Positions 28,713 through 36,523 of a DNA stretch of 64,000 bases are shown piece after piece. Under the pieces are notes generated by a model, which was not told the DNA's origin, did no database searches, and worked only from the letters and a program-made list of their open reading frames with translations. Position 1 is the first letter of the stretch, and each line of letters starts with the position of its first letter. Both the position numbers and the translations under genes were made by a program. This DNA is from a virus, in the IMG/VR virus record IMGVR_UViG_3300036832_000855, positions 32,001 to 96,000 of that record; one strand, given 5' to 3'.

Positions 28713-31700
28713 CTAGTTCACGATCTTCAAGCTGGCCCTGCCAACGGCAGTCGCGCCCGCTGCGACCACCCCACCCGCCGTATTCCAGTACCCGACCAGA
28801 AGCGACGTGATGTTCGTCGCTCCGTCCCACCAGTTCACGCCGCCGCGCCAGGTCATGCAATAGCTGGGCTGACCTGCCGGAACGAACGACCCCGAATGGT
28901 TGCTGCTGCGGCCCATCGCTTGCGGCGGGTTGATCGCCAGCGCCGAGATGCGCGTCTCCGAGTGCAGGCGCCCGCCGGTGTTCCAGTCGGAATGCCCGGC
29001 CGGAAACCCGTACGGCGGACAGCTACTCTTGCCCAGCCCATCGTTCGTGAACGTGGTCCCGTCCGTCGTGAACGTTCGGTTCTCAGCCCACTGGTTGAAC
29101 CCGCTGTACTGACCATTCGGCTGGATGAAGCAATACCAGTTGGCGGCTGCGCCGGTGACGATTATGTCGAGGACGACCTCGTACAGCACGTCCCGATTGC
29201 CATCCAGGCCGGTGAACGTGCACAGGACCGGAGTCCCCGTCACGTTGATCATCTGCACCGTCGGCGCTTGCGCGACCCCGGCCGACACCTTCCACGTCTG
29301 GTCGACCCATACGCCGCTGGTTCGTTTGAACACTTCGCTGTCGGACGTTCTCACGGCCATGTCGTTGTCGATCTCGCCGACAAACGAACCGACAGCGGGG
29401 GTGCCCGCCCCGTTGTACGAATACCAGTTCGACCCGCGTGTGCCGACCGCGTAGGTCGTCACCGCGTCGGTGTCGAACTCGACGTTCGAGAGGCTGAGAT
29501 AAGCATTGCTTGCATTCGCGGCCTGCACTTGGCCATCGGTGCCGACGTTGATTCGGACGTGCGCGTTGGAGTTCGTGTCGCAGGCGATGATCAGCGGAGC
29601 GGGCGGGCGATAGCCAGGCGGCAGCGTGAAGATCGTCGCCGCAGCCGTCCCACCTGCGACGAGACCCCTGACCTGAACCCTGCCATCGGGATACTTGCGG
29701 AACGACAACTGCTCGAACGAAGTCCTCACCGAGTAGTTGACCCAGGCGTTCTGGAACGCAGGCTCGCCGGAGCCTCCCACCCAGTGCCACGTGTCCATCG
29801 TCGCCATGCCGGTCGACTGCTTCCAGTTCTGATCGGTCCACACCCCGTTGATGCGCCGGAAGACCTCGCCGTCCGATGCCCGCACGGCCATGTCGCCGTC
29901 CAGCTCGTTCAGGAACGTACCCGCCGCGGGCGTCCCGGCGCCGGTGTACGTGAACCAGTTCGAGCCGCGCTGCCCTTGCGGGCCGGGCCCTGCCGTGATC
30001 AGCACTACCGACATGAACGTCATCTGCGCGTTGATCTGAACCGCTGTGCCCTGCTGGTTGAAGACCCACAGTTCCAGGTAGTCACCGGCGATGCACTGGA
30101 TCGTGTCGGCGTACGTGAGGCTGTCGCCTTGCTGCACAGCGGTAATCGGCCCGCCGTAGCCGTACAGCGCGCCGTTCTTGTACATCCCGACCGCGTAGTT
30201 CGTATACGTCCCCGTGCCGCTCATGGTGGACATGACGCTTGCGCTCACCTGGTACACGCCAGGAGTCGCAATGTTGAATCGGCCTTGCGACGTGTTGACC
30301 AAGCTTGCCGTGTCGTAGGAGACCGCTGCCATCGGTACCTTCGTCCAGGCGTTGGCAGCGGGCGTAAGTGCAGCGGTGGGATACCCCCGCGCTGCCACGA
30401 CCGGCGCGGTCGACCGATTCGTGTAGTTCTGGTCGACCCAGACCCCGTTGACCCGCTGGAACTCCTCGCCGTCCGACTTGCGGATGGCCCAGTCGCCGTC
30501 CAGCTCCCCAACGAACGTGCCCGCTGCCGGGGTGCCGACCCCGTTGTACATGAACCACGTTGCGCCTCGCAGGCCCGTCGCGCCCTGCAGCGCGCCGCCC
30601 GAGTTGACCTGCACGCCGGTTACTTTGACGATCAGGGCCACGGCGCACCAGGGCGGCATGTTCTCGTGAGTGCTGCCGCTTCCGTCGTTGTTGATCCCGA
30701 GCGCGGGCACCGAATGGGCGTGGTTCGAGTTGTTGTACGAGTTCGACTGCCAGTCCGTGTTACTCGTGGTGTTATGCGTGTGATTCGCGCTGATCCCGCT
30801 CGTGTTTGACCCACCGCCAATCGTCGCGCAGCCCTGGCCCCCGGACTGGGTCACTGGCGAGTTGTTCGCCGACAACGACAGGCTGTGCGAGTGGTCGTTC
30901 GACACGTAGCCCGTGTTGAAGTTGACGTTGTGGTAGTGGTTCGTATCGGCGTAACCGCTGGTACCGCCACCAGTCGCACCGCCGTGGTTATGGACGGCCA
31001 GCTCGGCCGTGATCAGCGCGTGGCGCTCCTCGCCGCCGTAGCCAGAGAGCGCGCGGCTAGTCAAGGCCGATCCGCCAGAGATCTTGCCGGTGCCGGACGC
31101 TCCGCCGCCGACGCCAACTCCGGACCCAACGAGCATCCGTCCTCGCAGGTCCGGGATGTTGAACGACGCGCCGTCCGGCAGACCCCACGGCGAGCCGGTG
31201 CTGCCAAGCGCGGTGAACAGGTCGGGGTAGGCGGCACGGTTCAGTGCCCGCCCGTCGGCCAGCATCCAGTTGGTCGGGATCGCCGCGCCCGTCCAGGCCT
31301 TGACCGTGCCGACCGGATCGGTGTCGTAGATGTTGCCGGTCGTCTTGTAGTTCTGGTCAATCCAAGACCCAGCGACGCGCTGGAACACCTCGTTGTCGGC
31401 GGCACGCACGCACAGGTCGCCGTTCAACTCGCCCGTGAACGTCCCGGGCGGTGGCGTGCCAAGGCTGGTGTACGTGTACCACAGCGAGCCGCGCGTTCCG
31501 GTCGGGCCCTGAGCCCCGGCGCCGGACAGCACCACAACGGTGTACTGGCCCGATGCCGGGACGCTCGTGGTGCGCACCGTCACCGTGCTGTTGTCGGTGT
31601 GCTCAACGTCGGCCTCGACGTCGTCGTACGGCGGGGCCGAGCGGTAGACGCGAACGATCACGTTCCGCGCGCCGAGGTTGTGGGTGACGACGAACGTCTG

Positions 31701-31886
31701 GCTTGCGCCGTCGCCGATCAACTGCGAGTACGCCGTGCCGCTACCGGCCTGCGCCGACACCCAGATGGTGCCGTTCCACCAGAACAGGATGTTGGAGCCC
31801 GTGTCGTAGTACATCTGCCCGAGCGCAGGCGAGGCGGGGGCGGCGGACGCGCGGGGAGGTCTGAGGGTTCCGGTGATGTCAGGCAT
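28713..31886 (-). CDS. Multi-domain tail fibre (collar/HxH, C1q-like and two further tip domains)
   Basis: Collar IPTNWMLADGR; four copies of a ~50-aa connector; IFTLPPGYRP domain. Confidence 0.85.
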   Translation of the reverse strand: MPDITGTLRPPRASAAPASPALGQMYYDTGSNILFWWNGTIWVSAQAGSGTAYSQLIGDGASQTFVVTHNLGARNVIVRVYRSAPPYDDVEADVEHTDNSTVTVRTTSVPASGQYTVVVLSGAGAQGPTGTRGSLWYTYTSLGTPPPGTFTGELNGDLCVRAADNEVFQRVAGSWIDQNYKTTGNIYDTDPVGTVKAWTGAAIPTNWMLADGRALNRAAYPDLFTALGSTGSPWGLPDGASFNIPDLRGRMLVGSGVGVGGGASGTGKISGGSALTSRALSGYGGEERHALITAELAVHNHGGATGGGTSGYADTNHYHNVNFNTGYVSNDHSHSLSLSANNSPVTQSGGQGCATIGGGSNTSGISANHTHNTTSNTDWQSNSYNNSNHAHSVPALGINNDGSGSTHENMPPWCAVALIVKVTGVQVNSGGALQGATGLRGATWFMYNGVGTPAAGTFVGELDGDWAIRKSDGEEFQRVNGVWVDQNYTNRSTAPVVAARGYPTAALTPAANAWTKVPMAAVSYDTASLVNTSQGRFNIATPGVYQVSASVMSTMSGTGTYTNYAVGMYKNGALYGYGGPITAVQQGDSLTYADTIQCIAGDYLELWVFNQQGTAVQINAQMTFMSVVLITAGPGPQGQRGSNWFTYTGAGTPAAGTFLNELDGDMAVRASDGEVFRRINGVWTDQNWKQSTGMATMDTWHWVGGSGEPAFQNAWVNYSVRTSFEQLSFRKYPDGRVQVRGLVAGGTAAATIFTLPPGYRPPAPLIIACDTNSNAHVRINVGTDGQVQAANASNAYLSLSNVEFDTDAVTTYAVGTRGSNWYSYNGAGTPAVGSFVGEIDNDMAVRTSDSEVFKRTSGVWVDQTWKVSAGVAQAPTVQMINVTGTPVLCTFTGLDGNRDVLYEVVLDIIVTGAAANWYCFIQPNGQYSGFNQWAENRTFTTDGTTFTNDGLGKSSCPPYGFPAGHSDWNTGGRLHSETRISALAINPPQAMGRSSNHSGSFVPAGQPSYCMTWRGGVNWWDGATNITSLLVGYWNTAGGVVAAGATAVGRASLKIVN

Positions 31887-31889
31887 GGC

Positions 31890-33227
31890 TCACCCCACCA
31901 GGGTCACGAGTTTCGAGTTCGCAGCAACAGCCGTGCCGTACGTGATCGTCACGTCCCCGTTGGCGGCAACGCTGATGTCGGGGATCTCGACGTTGCCGCT
32001 GGTGTTGTCCTGCACCTGCACGAGGATGCCCCGGCCCGAGCGCAGACCGTGCGTGGCCTGGGTGATCGTGATCGTGGCGCCCGCGCCGTGCGTGGCGTTG
32101 TTGTTGTAGTAGCCGCCCGCGAGCAGCCCGGTCTCGCGCGCCGCCTTGGCCGTCGTCTGACTGGTGCCGCCGTTAGCAAGCGGCAGTGTGCCTGTGACCA
32201 CCGCGCTCGACAGGACCACCGAGCCGTTGGCGTGCATCGCCGCCGTGACCCCGCCCGCCTTGATCTCCAGGCTGGAGCCTGCGCCCGCCGTGTCGATGCT
32301 GGCGTTGTCCACCAGCGCGCTGATCGTGTTCCCCGCCTTCGTCAGACCCGCCCCGGCGGTGATCTGGTAGGCGCCGGTGAACTGCACCCAGGTCACGGCC
32401 GTGGTGTTGAGCGTGCCGCCGGGGTCGGCGGTGCAGACCCAGCCGCTGTCGGACTGGCCGCCCTGCTCGACCCAGCAGTAGGCCGAGATCATCTCGGTCC
32501 AGGAGTCGTTATCGGCCGCGCGCACCCAAGCGCCCGTGGCGGCCACGTAGATCCCGTTCTGGCTCGTCGTCGTCTGGTTCTTGACGAGCACGCGGTCGTT
32601 CGCGAGCGTGGTGTACCCGTCGATGGCTTGCAGCCCAGACAGCGTGATGTTGGCGGTTGTGGCGCACACGACGGCCTGCTTGGCGGTCAGCCCCGCGGCG
32701 ACGCTGTCGACGTAGTTCTTGGTGGCGGCGTCCTGCGCGACGCTCGGGTCGGCCAGCGTGGTGATCCGCTGCGAGCCGAACGACACCGGCGCGGTCGGAG
32801 CTACGAGCTGGTCGATGCGGCCGTTGCCTGGGAACGCCTGCTGCGCACCCAGCCCGAGCGTCCGCATCGAGTAGGTGCCGACGATCCCGTCCTTGTTCGC
32901 GCCCGCCACGTCAACATCGGTGATCGTGCCGTCGAGGATCTTGGCCGAGGTGACCGCACCGTTCGCGATCGTTGGCGTGGTGGCGCTGCCCGTCAGATCC
33001 CCGGCGAGCTGGATAACGCCCTTGCTCCCGGTCGTCGCGTCCGGTGGGGAATACCCGCCCAGCGCGCTGATCCACGCGGACCCGTTCCACCACCACAGCG
33101 TGTTGTTCGCCGTGTTGTAGTAGAGCTGACCAGTGACCGGCGATGCGGGCGCCGTACCAAGCTGGTGGGCACGGAGCTGCTTACCCTCGTACTGACTGAA
33201 GTCAAGTGGTGCGCCGAGAACGGGCAT
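31890..33227 (-). CDS. Tail fibre / fibre adaptor
   Basis: DAATKNYVD; ATTANITLSGLQAIDG...DRVLVKNQT...NGIY. Confidence 0.8.
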   Translation of the reverse strand: MPVLGAPLDFSQYEGKQLRAHQLGTAPASPVTGQLYYNTANNTLWWWNGSAWISALGGYSPPDATTGSKGVIQLAGDLTGSATTPTIANGAVTSAKILDGTITDVDVAGANKDGIVGTYSMRTLGLGAQQAFPGNGRIDQLVAPTAPVSFGSQRITTLADPSVAQDAATKNYVDSVAAGLTAKQAVVCATTANITLSGLQAIDGYTTLANDRVLVKNQTTTSQNGIYVAATGAWVRAADNDSWTEMISAYCWVEQGGQSDSGWVCTADPGGTLNTTAVTWVQFTGAYQITAGAGLTKAGNTISALVDNASIDTAGAGSSLEIKAGGVTAAMHANGSVVLSSAVVTGTLPLANGGTSQTTAKAARETGLLAGGYYNNNATHGAGATITITQATHGLRSGRGILVQVQDNTSGNVEIPDISVAANGDVTITYGTAVAANSKLVTLVG

Positions 33228-33778
33228 CAGTTCATATATGCCTTCCCAGAGGTCGCAGAGCCGAAGGTGACCGAGAGCGAGTTGACGTCGAAGTAACGCA
33301 CGTCTGGGATCACGACGGAGTTACCGGAATCGACGACCATCACGGACGGATACTTGCCGAGGTTGTGTACGACGTTCCAGGTGACCGCCGCCGTCACCTG
33401 GGTGTAAACGTAGGTGGCGTCCTCGATCGACACCGTGTCGGTCCCTGGTGGTCCCTGCGGTCCGGGAGGGCCCGGCGCCCCGCCACCGATCGGTGGCACC
33501 TTCCGGTCCGAAACGACATCAACCGCCACCCAAGCATCGCCCACGGCGTGCAGCAGCAGGAGATCGTCGTTGTACAGGCCGACCGACTGGCGGTAGGCGC
33601 TGAGCGTCTGCGACACCGTGAAGTCGTCGCCCTCGAACAAGTTGTGGTCGTAGTCATGAACATCGAGGGTCAGCGGGCTCGTGTCGATGACCGTCGCCCA
33701 GTGCGAGCCCTTGTGCTTCTCGACCAGCCGCTGCCCGTGCTTGGCCAGCGCGTCACGCAGCTCGATCTTCCCGCTCAT
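33227..33778 (-). CDS. Baseplate spike-like protein with short collagen stretch and C-terminal HNLG domain
   Basis: Position after hub; ATVIDTSPL; GPPGPQGPPG; WNVVHNLGKYPSV. Confidence 0.6.
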   Translation of the reverse strand: MSGKIELRDALAKHGQRLVEKHKGSHWATVIDTSPLTLDVHDYDHNLFEGDDFTVSQTLSAYRQSVGLYNDDLLLLHAVGDAWVAVDVVSDRKVPPIGGGAPGPPGPQGPPGTDTVSIEDATYVYTQVTAAVTWNVVHNLGKYPSVMVVDSGNSVVIPDVRYFDVNSLSVTFGSATSGKAYMN

Positions 33779-34122
33779 GTCACCGTCCCGACAGTCGCAG
33801 TAATCGGCTCGACCGCCAGCAGGCAAATCGCCAGGTAGGCGCGCCGGGTGATGCCGAGATCGGTGCCGAGCCCGTCCTGCGACCCGATCACGTACACCGC
33901 CACGCTGTCGTTGCCGTAGCCCACCTCAACCACGTCCCCGACCGAGTTCGCGAGGCCCATCGCCGGGTCGACGACACCGAAGCTGCCGCGCTCATCCGAC
34001 ACCTGCGACCCGTACCAGCTCACGGTGAAGAAGCCGAGCGGCACAACGATGCCCGTGAACTCGGCCTGGGCGTCGAGGAACGCCTGGCGTCCGGCGAGCA
34101 CGAGCGGTTCAGGGCCGAGCAT
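33775..34122 (-). CDS. RlpA-like double-psi beta-barrel protein (degenerate)
   Basis: SWYG...GDVVEV...SVAVYV...DLGITRRAY. Confidence 0.45.
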   Translation of the reverse strand: MLGPEPLVLAGRQAFLDAQAEFTGIVVPLGFFTVSWYGSQVSDERGSFGVVDPAMGLANSVGDVVEVGYGNDSVAVYVIGSQDGLGTDLGITRRAYLAICLLAVEPITATVGTVT

Positions 34123-35705
34123 CAGTGCTTCGCCTTCGCGTTCTTGGCCGGGGTCGACGGCTTGTGGTTGGCCTTCCAGTCGCGCAGCGCCTTGTCGATC
34201 TGGGCGCGCACCTCGTTCGGGTCGAGGACGTTGATGAACCCGGTGGTCAAGTCCATCGTGTAGCTCCCGGCGGCAACCGAGTGCGCGGCCGTGGTCACGA
34301 ACGCGATGCCCTGGTTCGCGACCGGCATAAACGCGGGCGTGTTCGCGTCCGGCGCCGGGGTGCTCGACCCTGCCGTGCCCGCCGCGGCCTGCGCCGCGAG
34401 CGCCGGGTTCGCCTTGCTGAACATCGTCGGGTCGGCCTGCTCGGCCGCCCGCAGCGCGGCGATGTACGCCTTGCTCTGGCCCTTCGTCCCGGGCGTCGCG
34501 AGCGACGTCAACGACACGTTGGTGTAGCCCTCCTCGGGGATGTCGATGTGGATCGCGTCGCCGCGGCGGATCGTGGCGATTCCCGGATGGTTCAGCTCGG
34601 CGGTGCGGATCGGCGTCAGGCGCTGCGCGAGCGCGCGCTTGGCCAGGATCTGCAGCTCCAGGTGGGAGGACACGTTCCCGAAGTTGACCGTCTTGCGGAT
34701 GAACCCGAACCGCTTGATCGCGGCGTTGTTCGTCGTCGTCACGGTGACCTTGCGCGTCTTGCCGCCGTGGCCCTTCATCGTGCCGCGCGCCTCGATTACG
34801 GTCGCGAAGCCGGGGTCCTGACTGCGGGTGAGCGTGGCGTCGAGAAGCTGCTCGCGGAACTTGTAGAGCACGCGGTTGCGGCGCATCGGGATCACCTCCA
34901 GCGCCCCGAGCGGGAACTTGGCGTCTGGCGCGCCCCAGCGAACGATGAACGTGCGCCCGGTGCGCTTGGTCTCCTCGCCGTAGGCGGCGGTGATCACGTG
35001 CACCGGCGAGGTCAGCGACGTGTCCGAGGTCCCCATCGAGAAGTACGCGGTGCCCTGCGAGAGCGTGCGCACCGGGATCCGGTAGCGCTGGCACACGTCG
35101 TGGGCGATCTGGTCGCACCGCCAGCCCTGCTTGCGCGACGTTTTGCCCGCCGTGTACTTGAAGTCGGCGACCGTCTGCGCGAGCGTCCAGAGGTCGTCGG
35201 TGAGGTTCAGGTTCCAGGAGCCGTCCGACAGCGTCACCGTGTCGGCCGTGCCCGTGTCGTAGCCGGGCCCGACGCGCATCGCCCAGACGTTCGAGAACTG
35301 GTTGCCGTAGCCGACCTGGCAGATGATCACGACCCCGAGCGCGCCGAAGCCTGACTTCTCCTCCCCGCCGAACTTGACGACGCGGGCCGTGAGCGACTCG
35401 CCCGGGTAGAGCAACGGCGCCAGCTTCGAGTATTGGCGCAGCGGCGGCTTGTGCAGCGTGATCGAGCCAGTCATCGCCGCCTGCGTGTTGATGTTCGCGA
35501 GGTTGTCGGAGGACTGGTCCTGCCAGGTGAGGTTGTCGACCAGGCTGGAGATGTCGATGGTCTGGCCCTGACCGCGCGCGAGCAGGCGAACGCGCGTCTT
35601 CCAGATGTCCGGCGTGGAGATGGTCTGCTCAAGCTGGCCGACGACGAGCTTCTCGAAGTGGATCTCCGCGTGGCGCTCCGCCGGGCTGATCGCTGGCGTG
35701 GTCAC
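34122..35705 (-). CDS. Baseplate hub (XkdQ/gpD-like)
   Basis: GTGA-coupled; IAHDVCQRYRIP; IRRGDAIHI; HSVAAGSYTMDL. Confidence 0.75.
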   Translation of the reverse strand: MTTPAISPAERHAEIHFEKLVVGQLEQTISTPDIWKTRVRLLARGQGQTIDISSLVDNLTWQDQSSDNLANINTQAAMTGSITLHKPPLRQYSKLAPLLYPGESLTARVVKFGGEEKSGFGALGVVIICQVGYGNQFSNVWAMRVGPGYDTGTADTVTLSDGSWNLNLTDDLWTLAQTVADFKYTAGKTSRKQGWRCDQIAHDVCQRYRIPVRTLSQGTAYFSMGTSDTSLTSPVHVITAAYGEETKRTGRTFIVRWGAPDAKFPLGALEVIPMRRNRVLYKFREQLLDATLTRSQDPGFATVIEARGTMKGHGGKTRKVTVTTTNNAAIKRFGFIRKTVNFGNVSSHLELQILAKRALAQRLTPIRTAELNHPGIATIRRGDAIHIDIPEEGYTNVSLTSLATPGTKGQSKAYIAALRAAEQADPTMFSKANPALAAQAAAGTAGSSTPAPDANTPAFMPVANQGIAFVTTAAHSVAAGSYTMDLTTGFINVLDPNEVRAQIDKALRDWKANHKPSTPAKNAKAKH

Positions 35706-36523
35706 TTCTTCCTCGGGACGACCATCGTCACGTTTGGTTTGCCGCTCGACAGCCGGTGCGGATACCAGCGGCTGAAGATGTACGACGTCGAGCCGCCACC
35801 CTTCAGGTGGTTCGCCGTGGCGATCTGCCGCCACTTCGACGCGTCGCCGTAGTAGAAGTGCGCGAGGTCGGCCAGGGTCGAGGCCGCCTTCGCGTGCGGG
35901 ATGTTGCGGTTGGTCGCGGTGTCGTAGGCGATGTAGTGGCCTCCGATGGAGCGGAAGCGCACGTGCGCCGGAAGCCTGAGCGTGCCGCGCGACGGCACCG
36001 TTTGGCCACGCGGGTCGCGCCACTCCTGGAAACTGACGCCCTGGAAGTAGATCGTGTCGCCCTCGCCGTGCTTGTACACCTCGTTGAAAGCGGTCAGCAC
36101 TGCGAACGTCCGGCGGATCGTGGTCGAGTGCTTGAAGTGCGCGGCGAACTTGAACGGCGACCCGGCGTCGAACAGCGCCCAGAGCTGGTCGCGATACCAC
36201 TCGGGTCGCTGGTACTGGCTGCCGGACGACTCGCGCGTCGGGTAGGGCACCCAGGCGGGCCGGTGGTTGCCGTACCCGTCGTCGCCGAGGTACATCGCCA
36301 TCGTGTCGAACGCCCACGTGTCGAGCTGGCGCGAGCCACGCCGGACGAACTGATCGTCGTCGATCGTGTCGTACGTGCCGAAGTTGAACGCGTGCACGAT
36401 CGAGAACTCCTCCAGCGGCGAGCACTGGAACACGAACGGGACCGGCAGCAGCGGTCGCCCGTTCTTGTCGACCGTCAGCCCGTTCCCGATCCCGGAGATC
36501 GTGAGCTTCACCCCGTCGCTCAA
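35702..36523 (-). CDS. Tail tube initiator with LysM-like domain
   Basis: FQCSPLEEF N-terminus; TLADLAHFYYGDASKWRQIATAN. Confidence 0.8.
   Translation of the reverse strand: MSDGVKLTISGIGNGLTVDKNGRPLLPVPFVFQCSPLEEFSIVHAFNFGTYDTIDDDQFVRRGSRQLDTWAFDTMAMYLGDDGYGNHRPAWVPYPTRESSGSQYQRPEWYRDQLWALFDAGSPFKFAAHFKHSTTIRRTFAVLTAFNEVYKHGEGDTIYFQGVSFQEWRDPRGQTVPSRGTLRLPAHVRFRSIGGHYIAYDTATNRNIPHAKAASTLADLAHFYYGDASKWRQIATANHLKGGGSTSYIFSRWYPHRLSSGKPNVTMVVPRKK

Noticed and set aside
18260-30880. Possible DGR template/variable repeat pair
   Set aside because: Differences are synonymous rather than adenine-specific, both copies are coding, and no reverse transcriptase was recognised
23434-31886. Shufflon or invertible fibre cassettes
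   Set aside because: All modules are co-oriented in continuous ORFs; no invertase or inverted crossover sites were seen
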